Source: Guillardia theta CCMP2712 (Eukaryota; Protista; Cryptophyta). Taken from it: a stretch of DNA of 64,000 nt. The notes under the pieces are model-generated. The model was not told the origin of the DNA. It made no database searches and saw only the letters and a program-made list of their open reading frames with translations. Made by a program: the position numbers and the translations under genes. The stretch spans positions 342,393-406,392 of the forward strand of contig NW_005434655.1 of assembly GCF_000315625.1 (NCBI RefSeq). The letters run 5' to 3'. Positions 12,585 to 25,641 of the stretch are shown here, in pieces. How positions within the stretch are numbered: the first letter of the stretch is position 1; the number at the start of each line of letters is the position of its first letter.

Positions 12585-15500
12585 ATGCCGGCCAATCCAC
12601 CCGACAAAGATGGAGGGAGGGAACGAGATTATCGTCTCAAAGCTGCGCTCCTCCGTCGAAACGCAGCAGCAGCGAAAGCCAAATACGGGGACAACATCCC
12701 AGTCGAGCATGAGGCGCCGCCTGAGGAGAAAAGGTTCTCAACCTTGGAGATCCTCTCTCGCAGGAAGTTCGTTGGGATTCCCATCCGAATGGTGCAGGCG
12801 CAGCTCGAGAAGAGGAGGAACGAGAGGCGAGCGGTGGAGGAGAAGGAGGCCAGGTAAGGCGAAGGAGGAGGAGCAAGCATGTGACGAGACGCTACCTCAG
12901 GCGGACATGGGAGCTGCTGGAGATGTTGGAACCTGGCGTCCGGGTCAAGCTCCGCAACGTCGCGCGGGTGGGGGGGAGGAACTACAACGGGCAGCTGGCG
13001 ACTGTGATCGCAGACTTTGGGGACATGTACAAGGTGAAGCTGGACAAGGTGGAACGAGATGGAGCGGTGAGGAAGGGGGAGGGAGCCGAGCTGAGAGTGG
13101 CAGTGAGCAACATGGAGATCTGGGACGAGGAGGTGGAGGAGGCGCTGGGGAAGGAGATGGACCAAGTTCGATCGCAGTACGCGGCTCAACGGAGAAGCAC
13201 AATGATGAGCATGCTGAGACTTGAGCCTCGGGTGATGGCGAGCGAGGAGGTTGCCGAGGAGCACGAGGAAGTGAAGGCAGAGACTGAGATCGCCTTCGAG
13301 GACCTCACGCACTCTAGCGATGAGAATGTCTTGCGAGACTTTCACCGGCAGAAGCAACTGAAAGTCAAGTTAGGGAAGTATGACAACCCGGAAGAAATGT
13401 TTGTCAAGATTCAGAGTGAATGGAAGGAGAGGGAGCTGGTGACAGCAAACTACAACAGATCCCTCAAAGACTGCGAAGCTGCCATCCGTATCACTTCATC
13501 TCAGCCTTCCCTTAAGCAGAAAGACGGCAAGTTCGGCCCAAACCCTGCCTTGCGGATAGCGCAGATTGCGCTGAAACAAGCGAGGACGCAAGTGAAGGAT
13601 TTGTTTTCACATCAGGTCCGTCACTTCAAGGTCAACAAGGTGGAGGGCACCATTGCCTTCCTCCAGCCCTCCGATCGACGGCAAGCGACCTCGAGCGACG
13701 TCTCGTATGTGAAGCAGACGCTGGTGGTGGAGGAAGGGGTCGGCAAGGGTCAGTTCGGAACCATCAGCGGTCACTGGGAGGAGGAGCACAAGGTAGAACT
13801 CTTCCGGTGGTACGCGGCGACATGCGACCAGACGTCCAGCTACCGGGTGCTCAACTCTCACTTCCTTCCCCTCCACATCCACGGGCGCGTGCAACGAGCC
13901 ACCAAGACCACAGTGATGCTGTCGGAGAACGCGGAGGAGGAGGACAACTGCTACCGGCACATGATCCTCCGCATCACCAAGGGCCCGGGGAAGTCGCAGC
14001 GAGCTAAGGTGCTGGAGTACAACGGGAAGACGCGGGTGGCGGTGATCGACGGGTGGGAGTGGGACAAGAGCTGGCTGGAGCAGGCGCTGGATCAGGACGA
14101 CAACGACCTTGAGACGAGTATCCCCACAGCAGAGAGCCTCTACAAGCTCCACTACTCCGACCGCGCCGGTAAGACCATCGAGCTCCCGCTCGAGGGCAGG
14201 TGCTCCAAGATTTCAGCTGAGGGAGAGCTGAGCCTCTCTGCGAGTGCTCCTGGTGAAGATTTCTTCTCCGGGAAGACGCTTGTGATCACGAATGGGATGG
14301 GAAAGGGACAGAGAGCGAAGATCGAGAGCTATGACGCTCTGCGCAAAAGTATGAAGATATCAGACTGGGTGCTGGCAGCCCCCGATCAAACTTCGAGATG
14401 TGCTGTGTACGAGTGCAAGCTCTTCGATGAGAAGCTGTACCAGCTGGAGAAGACGATTACCGAGAAAGAAGAGCAAGCAAAACAACGAGTAGAGCGAGAC
14501 GAGAGCGAGCGGCGGAAGCGAATCCGAGCTAAGATGTGGGCAGCAGTGAGAGTGTACAAGATGGCTGAGCAGCATGGGGAGAAGATCGGCAGGATGAGGA
14601 AACGCTCGAGCGTGTCGGCATGGAGCTACTACAGCGGGGAGAGCGCGTCGAACAAGGTCTACTCCCTCATGATCGGAGGTGAGAAGGTGCGCGTGAAGTG
14701 GAGCTTTCTCGTGCTCCAAGGTAAGCCGGTGGACCCGGCGATCCTGAAGACGATGGAAGTGAAGAGGAGCGTGAAGTTGGAGGAGGAGGAAGAGGAGAAG
14801 GAGGAGGACGGGGGAAAGTGTCTCATCATGTGGAAGGGAAGGATCCTTCAGATGCCGAGGTACTCAGCTGATACGATGACCCCCAACGGGAGCGTGAGGA
14901 CGCCGGTGAGGGTGGTGGACTACCTGTCGCAGCAGGTGGTCTACGAGGGAGCCTGCGACGGAGGCGATCTGTGGAAGTCGCTTAGCGAGGAGTCGCAAGA
15001 GATCGAGGGGGAGGAGGATGTGTTCGCGTGGAAGGGTCGGCGAGTGTTGCAGCCGCTCAAGACGGAGGATGAGCAGGGGAGGACAGTCTACACGATAGTG
15101 GACGATGATAACGGTCAGATCTTGTACAGCGGGATAGATGATGACTTGAGCAGCGAGGAAAGCGAGGAGGAGGAGGAGGAGGAAGTGGAGCAGGAGGAGG
15201 ATGGGGGAAAGAAGTTGTCACGCGATACCAAAGACTTCATGAAGAGGATCGCGGAGAGGGCAGGGCTAACTCAAGGCATCAGCATGGAGCGAGGGAAGAA
15301 GTTGGTGGGGCAGGTCGCCAGTGAGTCAGCAGAGCTGGAGGTGGAGCAGGGGGTGCAAGCAGGAGGGCCCGTGCACATGGTGGGAGGTCAAGTGTGGAAG
15401 GGAGTAGCGGACCCCGAGCTCTGGCAGTCGTTGGTAGAGGAAAGCAGACCATGCCCAGGAGACGCCAACAAGTTCCTGTGGCGGGGGATGGAGCTGATGC

Positions 15501-16191
15501 AGCCGCTGCGCGAAGGAGAAGCGCAGAAGGTCGTGAGCGACGAGGGTTTGCTCATCTTCCATGGAGAGAACCCCAACGAGGAGCTGGACTTCCCCTCGCG
15601 ACTGGAGGGGCAGAGAAGGAAGAAGAAGGAGGGAGGGGCGGAGGACGGGTCGTTGATCACTGACACGACAGACTTCGGAGTCTACGAGGGAGCAGCGGTG
15701 GCGGGGAGGTACAACGGGCAGGGCATGAGAACGGTGAGAGTATCCTGCTCATGTGACCTCTCTGACAGATGGAGCAGTGGAACAACGGGCAGGTCTACTC
15801 TGGTCAGTGGGTGGATCACCTGCGGGAGGGGAAGGGGACAGAGATCTTCCCCCCCTACGACAACAGGAGGAGGAGCGAGGAGGGGGAGCTGACTTTCCCG
15901 CACTACGAGGGTGACTTGCTCGACGGGCAGCGCCATGGCAAAGGCGTCTACGTGTTTGCCAACGGGGAGAGGTACCAGGGGGAGTTCCGTTACAACCTCT
16001 TCGACGGTAACGGCGTTTACTTCTGGACTGACGGCGAGTACCTCGACTGCCGATGGAAGAACGGATTTCCCATGGGCGACAACATTCGCAAGCGACGCAA
16101 GTTCTGGAGCATGAAGAAGAAGGACAAGAAGGAGGAGAAGAAGAAGGAGAAGGAGGAGGAGAAGTCGGCAGAGCAGGGCAAGACTACTTGA
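12585..16191 (+). CDS. Large (~1170 aa) multi-repeat protein with C-terminal MORN repeats
   Basis: Exons ~12585-12853, 12901-15733 and ~15778-16191. MORN units YEG...RYNGQG, YSGQWVDHLREGKG, YEGDLLDGQRHGKG, YQGEFRYNLFDGNG. Two internal repeat families. Confidence 0.8.
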
Positions 16192-16319
16192 GTTCACCCT
16201 TATGAGCAGGAGGAGGAGGAGGAGGATCCCCAGTGAGCGCCCGAGCTCCGACGGCTCGATACCGAAACGAAACGTTGACATGAATTTCGAACGATCTCGC
16301 GCTCCTGCGGCTTCCAAAC

Positions 16320-19300
16320 ATAGCAGCTGCTTCCTCGTCCTCCTCGCCGTTGCTGAGCAGACGAACAACTCTGGAAGAGTCTGGTGAGAGGAGGCAGAAG
16401 AGGCAGAAGCATCAGGAAGGACCTGGAGGTCGATAGCCTTGCGGATCGAAGGATCGCCTTGACGTCGCCGTCCTTCCAGTAGACAGGACGATAATCCCTG
16501 CGAGTGCGGGAGAACAACTTGAGGAGCTGCGCTGATATACATGCAACCTTCACCTCCTCCATCGATGCCAGACGATGTTGTGGCATGGCGCGTAGAAACT
16601 TGCTCCGTGCGTCCACATCCTCACCGCCATGATCGTCTGGCAGCTCACACGTTCAGCTTCTCCTCTGCCTCGTGTCGCTCTCACTTCTTCGCCCCAGAAG
16701 AGACCTTCGAGCGTCGCATCATAGGTCACCTACTCAGAGTTCAGATCCTCCTCCCCCTTCCCCTCCCTCCCTTCCTCCTCTTCCTCTCATCACCAGACGA
16801 CGAAGTTGAGCTCGTGAGAAACTGAAGCCTGCCGCCTGAACGCGATCATCTTGTAGGAGAAGGACGAGAGCGACAAACCCAGAAAGAGGAGGGCGCGGAG
16901 AATCTCCCGGTGCTGCTCGTGGCGACAGGATGAGAGACGGAAAGAAAGCCTGGCAGGACTCACCATTCCTCAGTTGGAAGATCGACGGAAGAGATTCTCA
17001 GAATCTCGTCGCTCTTCAGCAGCAGTCACAAGGAGGAGAAGAAAGTCAGGGCAAGGGCAAAGAGAAAAGAGAAGCAAAGAGGAGGATAGAGCCAAGAGAA
17101 GAAGACAAGCCCTTCACCGGATCGAAGTGAGAGGCTCGCAGCTTCGATGGCCTGTTGCAACGCCTCACCTCAAGGTCAGACGGCATGTTTTCACTCACTG
17201 CTCATGTGCTTGAGATGGAGAGAGCGGATCGTAAGACGGGGGGTAGCAGGTGACAACACCGAGGGAGTCGTTGAGGGAGAGGAGGACGCTGATCAGCTTT
17301 TCATCCCACGCGCATGAGAACCTTGAGACTTGAGTCACACAAGGAGCTGCTCGCAAGAGAAGCAGACCTCATATGACTGTCGATCTGAAGCAAGTACGTC
17401 TCATCCCTCAGCCTGCTTTCCCAGCTCAACCCCAGCTGATGTCAACATGGTTCACATTGTCTGCGACAAGTTGCGAGCGACGACAGGCCCCTTGGAGGTC
17501 TTGGCTACAAGCGCAGAGCCTGAGAGAGGAGGACGAGCAATAAGCAGACTCACGATCTCTTGTGAGCATCCGCACGTTCTTGACCCATTGCGGGGCCTGA
17601 CAAAGAGGCGAGAAGTAAGAGGAGAGGGGAGGAGAGGAGGTCATGGGAGAGGAGACGAGAGGAGACGAGAGGAGACGAGAGAAGATAAGAGGAGGAGAGG
17701 AGGAGAGGAGGAGAGGAGGAGAAGATAAGAGGAGGAGAGGAGGAGAGGAGGGAAGCGAAAAGACCATGAGGGAGAGAAGCGAAAGGCAATGTCCATCGAT
17801 AGAAGAGTGATGCTGTAATATATTTTCAAGGCAGCAGTTCGCGTCTGCTCATGACCTGCATCACGATACCGACGAAGACTCGCGCAGGACTTCTGGCTGT
17901 CAGAAACAGGTCCAGCGTCGTGCGCGAACAATCCTGCATGGTCTTCACGAGGTAGATTCTGAAATCACATGCCACTGACCTCGTCACGGAAAGAAGCCAG
18001 AGAAACGAAAATGCTTGGTCTGGGCTGTGGACCTCTCCCCTCGTCTTATCCTCTCTCAGCTCGACTTGACAGGTTCATCACAACAAACCGTGAATTTGCT
18101 CCTCGTCGCCATCGCAGTTCTCCGTGCTGAATGAGTTCCCGTCCAACCGGAGGTTCCTGCTGTCCGAGAAACGTAGGTTTGACCCCGCATCATGCGCCAC
18201 GTTGTGCTCGAACTTGCACGATTCAACGAGAGAAGGAACGCTCGACGTCTCGTGCCTGTCGGAGTGTCTGAACATCATGGCACCCCCTTCATACCTCGCT
18301 TCGTTCCTCCAGAAGAGAGAGCGGGTCACGTGCGCAGCAGCATCTTTCACCCTTGTCATTTTGCGCCCATACCGAGGCCGCCAGTAGGTTCACCTTGGAT
18401 CGCCATGCCAGCTCCGTTGTCCGCCTGATTGCAGTGAAACGAAGACGAATGGACCACGAGGCGGTGAGGACGAGCTTGTTCCAAATATCCGTCATCCTCT
18501 GGTCGAGCATGACAACGTTCCTCTACGTTCACCGCCCCTCCACTATCCCTTGCCTACACAACTCAATCCTCGGCGCACCAAGAGCAGTGGCGATTGAGAT
18601 ACCTCGTTGCCATCGAAAGAGCAGTCTCGCAGCATCGCACGCTCACCCCCATCACAAGTCTTCAAGCAGATCGCTCCTCCGCGATGGGCTGCATTCATAT
18701 TGAACTTCGAACGTTCTACCGAGAGCTTTCAGAGCGAATCAGATAAAGAGAATCGGGCAGCAAGCAAGAGATACTTGTGCCGACACATTAGAGTCTAGAT
18801 GGATTGCTCCGCCGCAAGAATCCTATGTCGGCACACGAGTGAGAATCGATTCTATTAACGATCTTTGTACAACCTTGCCATGGTCAGAGTTGTTGTTGAA
18901 AACAGAGTCAGTGATGTTGGTCTTCGAAGACCCTGACAGGAAGATTGCTCCTCCTCCTGCATCAGCCGAGTTGTTGTAGAAGACCGACGATGCCACGTTC
19001 AAACTTCCGCTGAGAACTTTGATGGCACCGCCCGCGTCCTTTACATGGTTCCCAACGAACGAACAATTGAAGCAGTCCAACGTCCCCCAGATCAGGAGGA
19101 TGGGAGCATCGTTGCGGTATCCCTCGAGCATGCAGTCAAAAACTTCAAGATGCCCGCCATCGACATGTATCGGTCGCTCTCCTCGACCTCCTGCAAGCAG
19201 CACTCCTGACATCCGAACGATTCGCCCCTCGGGTATGACCACAGCCGCCATGCTCTCTCCGGAGGGGATCCTTCCGCCTGTCTCTGAGCTCATCGTCACG

Positions 19301-19416
19301 GTCTCCGACGGCTTCGTTTCCTGCAGCAGAGCTTCGAGCTCGTCTGTTCTCCTCCCCCGCCATGCTGCTGCTTCCCAGCAAACCCCCAGCAGCCCCACCA
19401 AGCTCATTAGCCGCAT
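16320..19416 (-). CDS. Secreted or membrane right-handed beta-helix protein with Pmp-like GGA(I/L)/FxxN repeats; 3' exons tentative
   Basis: Signal peptide MRLMSLVGLLGVCWEAAA; FVGNHVKDAGGAI, FYNNSADAGGGAIF, FWRNEARYEGGAM, FEHNVAHDAG. Hydrophobic exons below 18050 may belong to the same gene. Confidence 0.6.
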
Positions 19417-20162
19417 TTCGTTCAGTGGCCCCTCATCCCCCAACTCACCGAGTCTTCGAGCACTCTGTCAGGCTGCGGCTCTGTCCATGGCATGCGAGCA
19501 CTGCTCCACAGATGGACTTCCACAAAACTTCGGACCCCAGAGCGGCAGGCAGTCGAGCCTGCCAGGGCTGGCAGTGCAGGGCTGGAACAGGGAGTGTTGC
19601 CTGTGCGACAGTGTCAGGGTCAAGCCTCCTCGACTCAGAGACGGTCAGCGGCCGCCGGCGAAGCCCTGTCACCCTGCCATCATCCGGATGACCGGCCGGG
19701 CCGCCGCAGGTCCGGGCCGGACGGACTGCCGAACGGTCGGAGCTGGTGGGTCGGAGCCTCAGTGGAGTCCGGCCGAGGTCCGGAGAGCCTGATGAGTGGG
19801 GATGAGGGGGTGAGAGGAGCGGCAGGTGGTCGTAGTATGAATATGAATCGACATGGATAGCAGAGGATGGAGAGGGAGGAGGAGGGGGAGCCATGAGAGG
19901 AAGAGGAGAGGAAGAGGAGATGATGGGCATGCAAACAGGGAGGAGGGAGAGATGGGCTATTCAATGAAGAGACGAGGAATCCGGGAAGTGAGGATACAAC
20001 GGGGAAAGGAATGTTTAGGCAGTGGATTAACTGAAAGAGTATATCTTCGCGCTCAAAATACGAGTGTGCGTTTCTTTCTGCTTGATCTGATCTGATTTGA
20101 TTTCGCTGAACTTGGATCCTATCCAGGGATTGAAGGGGGGGGATCTCTTCAATCATCAGAGG

Positions 20163-22014
20163 ATGGTTACTACCAAGTTTGCTCTGCTCTTGGCATTGCT
20201 TCTCGTCCTTATATGTTCCGCCGATGCGCAAGGCAGGAGGGTAAGTCGAGGCTACGGGTGTTCTTAAATGTGATCTAGAGTTGGCAGAAGAAGGCTGCGA
20301 CTGCCAAGGGCTCGTCATTCGAGGAAGCTCCGGCCTCGCGCTTGGAGGAATTCACGACCACCAAAAACGAAGCAGAGAAGCTGAAGGCCAAGTGGGCAGA
20401 GGAGAAGAAGCGAGATGTGAGAATGATGCTCCGACACGCACATGCTCATAGAATGCTAGGAAGAAGAAAACATCCGCAAGGCTGCAGAGCAGGAGGAGGC
20501 AAAGAGGGCCGAGGAAGAAGCGAAGGCACAGCAGGTGGGTCGAGCATGGTGGATGACTTGGAATTGATCGGATGCGGCAGGAGTACATGAAACAAGCTGA
20601 AGCAACGCGGGTGAACATGCCTCTCTTGTTCCTAGGACTTCCAGTGTTCGAGCCTGATGCTGCTGCTTCAGGAGGCGATTGCTCGACAGAAGGCAGAGGA
20701 AGCTGCTGCCCAGAAGGCTGCTGAACAAGAAAAAGTTCGTCAAGTAGCATGGACTTTCTGGATAGCGCACAGATTCTGATGTCCATGTAGGAAGAAGCAA
20801 AGAAGAAGGCTGAAGAGGAAGCACGCATGGCGGCCCAGGTGATGGGCTGCCTTGCTCCTGTGCCTCATGTACTGAATCGTTGACGAAGGCTCGATCGCAA
20901 GGATCTGGAGACGTTGAGACTGAAGACCAGGTGCGTGCACTCTCCTCTATGGTAAGATCCTTTATTGAACTTTCAACTAGCGGAATAGAAGGCTGGCTGC
21001 AGAACGCAGGAAAGCTGCGGAAGAGGAAGAGCGGCAGCGTCGGGAGAAGTTAGAGAGGTGGGTGTTGGCTTGTTGAAGGACCATCTCTGAATTGCTCCAG
21101 TCTGAAAGGCGACGGTCTCTACCTGCTCCACCATGTGTCTGCCCGCAAGGCTGTCTTGGAGGGGATGCACGCCCAAGAGTTCGGCGACCACAACACGTTC
21201 AAGGTCTACCACTACGGGGAGTTCATGGGAATCGCAACTGCTTCAACCATCTACAACGGTTCTCGAGCTCTTGGTGTTGTGCTCTGCTCCTCACCTGCTC
21301 CTACAGTGCCGCACCATCGCATCACGGAGCTCCACGGCGTGCATGTGCATGACGAGGATGGAATCTGCGGGGTCGACCCTCCTTGCCCTGGGCTGGAGTC
21401 AGCGACTCACGTCACCCCTTTCCCTGAGGGCGTTCACAAGGCCCCGCAGAAACGCATCGAGGTGAGCACAGCACTCCAGTCTCAGTTCCTCACCCTTCCT
21501 TCAGGAGGCCAGAGTCCAGATGCAGAAAAACGCACCTCCCCCTCCCCCTCCCCCTCCCCCTCCTCCTCCTCCTACCTCTCCCCCTCCCCCTCCCCCTCCC
21601 CCTCCCCCTCCCCCTGCTTCGCCTCCTCCCCCTCCTCCATCACGCGCATCTCCACCACCACCACCACCTCCTCCTCCTCCACCACCACCACCACCACCAT
21701 CTCCTCCTCCCAATCCTGCTGCAACACCACAGCAGGAGCCTTCTGAGCCCAGCTCTACCCAATCGTCGTCGCAAAAGTCATCCAAGGCAGATGAAGGTTC
21801 GAAAGTTTCTTCCAAGTCATCGAAATCCCAGACTTCGAGCGAAGTCCCAACCCAGGCGTCATCGACACCTGAAGTCAAACAAGACTCAAGCGGTGCGGCA
21901 GAGACTTCACAGATCCCATCTCCACAGGTGAGCGAGCGCTCAGTTAACCTCGCATTAAGTTTTGCTGACGAGAAGCAGGATGGTGCGACAGAGGAGCAAG
22001 AAATTCTCATGTAA
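20163..22014 (+). CDS. Secreted protein with E/K/A coiled coil and poly-proline, Ser-rich C-terminus; multi-exon
   Basis: Signal peptide MVTTKFALLLALLLVLICSADA at 20163; exons KAKWAEEKKRD|NARKKKNIRKAAEQEEAKRAEEEAKAQQ; Pro tract at 21536-21710. Confidence 0.6.
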
Positions 22015-22350
22015 GAAGCCGCCGCGCGCCCGCCCGGCGCCGCTGTTTGCAAGTGAAAGTTGCGCGGCGGCTAGAGAGCACCTAGTTAACTTTAGTTACA
22101 AGAACCGTAACCTATATCGACCTCTATGGTTATCTGCTTTGAATCCAGATAGGGAAAGTTGATGTGACTGTTTGAGGTGAGTCCGGGACTCGGAGGCCCT
22201 CTCCGACCGTCGGACCGGGCCGGGCCCGGCGGGGTCCGCGGCGCCTGGTCCGATCCCAGGAACTCAATAATACCAGGCCCTGTGTCCGGCGAGCAAGGTC
22301 TCATAAAGGAGCAGGGAGCGAGTAGGATGAAGGAGCGAGAGGGAGCGAGA

Positions 22351-22419
22351 GATCGAGGAAGAGAAGGGTAAGGGAACGAGGGATCGAGGAAGAGAAGGGT
22401 AAGGGAACGAGGGATCGAG
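22351..22419. repeat. 31-bp direct repeat (~2.2 copies)
   Basis: GATCGAGGAAGAGAAGGGTAAGGGAACGAGG duplicated upstream of the cyclophilin gene. Confidence 0.8.
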
Positions 22420-22502
22420 CACAGTCCAGAACTCCAAGTCCAGATGAAAGAGAGTTGGAATGGAGCATTGTTCTGATTCAAAACTGAAGTGAGAAGCAGA
22501 CC

Positions 22503-24294
22503 ATGAAGGGAGCAAACGCACGTCATGTCGTGCAAACTGTTGCTTGCTTCGTCTTCGTTCGCACCTGCTCGGCATTCTTGTTGCAACCAATCCGCTGTAA
22601 CTTACCTCGTGCATATGCGAGGAACTTTCAAACCTACAGCATGATCAACGAAGGATCTTCGTCAAGGTGAGATGGTGCCAGACTCTGAGTGAAACGTGAA
22701 AGTGAGGCAGGGAGGACTCGAGGAGAGATTTCCTTCTGCGTTCCCTAGCCTCGCTGTCCACCTTAGGTGTGTCGGACAGAGAGGAAGGAGCGAAGATCTG
22801 ATGCTATCTAGGTGTGGCGAGCAGAGAAGCGCAGGCAGGGGAGGGTATCAGCGTTGAGAGCAAGTTAGGGCTGGGGGGAAAGGTTGGAAAGTGACTGGAG
22901 GAAGGAAGCTGTGGATAATGTGTCGCAGACTTCGCAGATCAACGGGAAAGAAATCTCTCAAGTGTGTCGGGGCAGCAGAGGACAGAACTGTCAAGTTTGG
23001 GTGCCCCCGGAAATCGAATCTTCGCCAGTCCAAGGGGTGAGAAGCGAAGGCAGAGAGCCATGAAGCGAGCAGGCAGCAAGATGAATGAAGTATGGCATGC
23101 AGGGGGAGCGAGGAGAGATAACGAGCAAAGTGTACTTGGATGTAAGGATTATCCGAGACTACAGCAAAGAAGTTCTCGAGGACGGAGTGCTGAGGGGCAG
23201 GATCGTCTTCGGCTTGTGAGAGGGCGCGGGAGGTCCCGAAGGTCTGATGGTCGTGGAACAGGTACGGGAAGCAGTCGCCCATGACAGTCCAACACTTCTT
23301 GAAGTTCGTCACAGCCAGCTATGGTGAGGGCCCTGCCTACTCGTCGGGGATGTTTTACAGGTGGGAGAAGAAAGAGAGTTGGCGGTCAACTGAAGAGACT
23401 TGACAGACACGAGGCTGGGAGATGGATAGAAGGGGGAAGAATCAACGGACTTTCTACCACTCAGGTCATCCGTCCTGGTCCTGATCTCCGCTTCTTCACT
23501 TGCTCGTGCAGGTGGCAGGTCAGGAAACGTTCCAGTGGAATGGCCGAGTTGTGCCGCTAGTTCCGGTGAGCAGGAGGAGGAGGAGGAGGAGGAGGAACAC
23601 CTCACGCACTTATCCAGATCCTTGAAACGAACAGCTTGCGGCATGACCGCAAGCTTCTCTTGTCCCATCGGTAGCCCTTCCATGCTTGATCGTCAGACCC
23701 TCTGACCTCCCTCGCTCAGCAAGTTCAACCCTGGCCCTGAGTTTGACATCACCCTTTCTCCTACCCCCGAGCTGGACGCTTCCAACACGGTCAGCTGGGT
23801 ATGCAGCTCGGTGAGGGCTGGTCTGAGGGAGGCAGCAGGTGTTCGGAGAGGTCATAGCTGGGGAAGAGTACGTGCAGGAGATTGTCAAACTGCCGTTTGT
23901 CACTGGGTGAGAGGCGATAGCCCTCAGCTTTTGTTCAGCTTTCCTGCAGGAAATCTCTGGATCCTGAGGGGAGTCCAGCAGACTCCTGGTGGAAGGTGAT
24001 GCGATAGATGCTGGACCTTCAGCATTCGGGAGGGGAGATGCTGAACTGGTTGCGATAGGCGCAGCGAGAGTTCTTTAGGAATGTTGCGAAGGTGTCAGGA
24101 GACACAAGAGTCACCAATACGTACCATCCTCTCTGCTTCTCCCCCCCCCCCCCGCCAAACCCCCTCCCTCCCCCTGTCCCTCTCCCTGTCCCTGTCCCTG
24201 TCCCTCTCCTCTGGTCGATCGAGCTCATGTCTTGTGCAGATTTCCCGGCAAGCTTCTTCGTCGTGTCGAGATAACGAAGTGCGGTCTGGTGTGA
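22503..24294 (+). CDS. Plastid-targeted cyclophilin-type PPIase (CYP26-2/CYP28-like); missed by the ORF track
   Basis: Presequence MKGAN...TCSA-FLLQ. Spliced sequence ITSKVYLDVRI...GRIVFGLYGKQSPMTVQHF...PEFDITLSPTPELDASNTVFGEVIAG...VAKVSGDTR...VEITKCGLV*. Confidence 0.85.
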
Positions 24295-24302
24295 ACTCAC
24301 GC

Positions 24303-25047
24303 TCACCGCTCCTTCAAGGGTGCGCTTAAGACGAGGGCTGCAGACAGTCTGTTGTCACCTTGACGAGTGTCAGCGTATGACCAACAGCACCATGTCTTCA
24401 CCTTCAATGCTCAAAGTATTCACGTTGTTTCCCGCCTCCTCTCCAACAGAATGCTCTATGGCGGGTATGAAGCCATCAGTGAGCTTGTTCATCTCTTCTC
24501 CCGCAAATACTATCACTCTCGAGGAGTCTGTGTGCTTGTCCACATCAAACCATTCACCCTGCATTCCGTCCGATACTCGCCTCGCCCACAGCCTCTTAGA
24601 GCAGCGCTCTTCCGTCATGGTGAAGATCACTGTGACGAGACATCGGTCTCTGTGTGGTCCGAGAAATCCCCAGCGGTAGTTGAAGAGATTCATGAAGGAC
24701 GTGGTGAAGACGGACTGAGGAGACGTCAGGAGGGTGGAGGACTCCAAGTCAAAGTGCCTGCGAAGCTTTCCGAGGTCCACGGGATTCTTATCATCACTTG
24801 CATGCATGAGGTCGGTGCAGAGGCGATGGAAGCAGGGAGCGGCGATGCCAAGCAAAGAGTCGTAGCAGTCTCGATACTCCTTCCTCCACTCATTCAGTCC
24901 AGGTGGATGTTCGACAACAGGAGGGTAGCGGAACTTCTTCTCGAGGCTCCAGGTCGTCAGCCCCGTCTTCAACACCGTCTGAACTTCATGGCTGATGGGA
25001 ATGACGGCAAAACCCCTCGAGCGGATGGAAGACACGAGCTGATTCAT
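24303..25047 (-). CDS. 2-oxoglutarate/Fe(II)-dependent dioxygenase (IPNS-like fold)
   Basis: HxD (GPHRDRCLVT), distal H (IPAIEHSV), and RxS (NRLS) after a short intron. Confidence 0.75.
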
Positions 25048-25287
25048 CTAGCTGTAGGTATCACGCGTCTCCTCCCCCTTCACCTCCTCCTCCTCTCTCT
25101 CTCCTCCTCGCCCTCCCTCCTGCCCAGCCCTCTCGCCTTCTTCACTCCTCGCATGCTCCTGTTGTCGGCCCCATGTGGATAAGCGCGGGGATGCGGGTTT
25201 ATAAGGACAAGCGCGGGGATGCGGGTTAAACTAACGACAAAGCGTTGATCACACAGGAAAGGGAGGAGGGTCGAGGAAGAAGATAAA

Positions 25288-25497
25288 ACGAGACGAGACG
25301 AGACGAGACGAGACAAGACAAGACAAGACAAGACAAGACATCACATCACATCACATCACATCACATCACATCACATCACATCACATCACATCACATCACA
25401 TCACATCACATCACATCACATCACATCACATCACATCACATCACATCACATCACATCACATCACATCACATCACATCACATCACATCACATCACATC
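25288..25497. repeat. Compound pentanucleotide microsatellite (ACGAG)n-(ACAAG)n-(ACATC)~32
   Basis: Directly visible. Confidence 0.95.
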
Positions 25498-25641
25498 AAA
25501 CCATTATCAAATCTCGAATTGCAGTTAGTCCAGGCATCAGCAAGAACGAGAGAAGGAGGGAAGTGAAAGGAGGGATGAGCGCGTCTTAACCACCTCCACA
25601 TTTCACGAGAGATGCCGGGGGGGAAGGGGAAGTCGACGAGC

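Noticed and set aside
21501-22052. Gly-rich protein on the minus strand
   Set aside because: It is the antisense shadow of the poly-proline exon.
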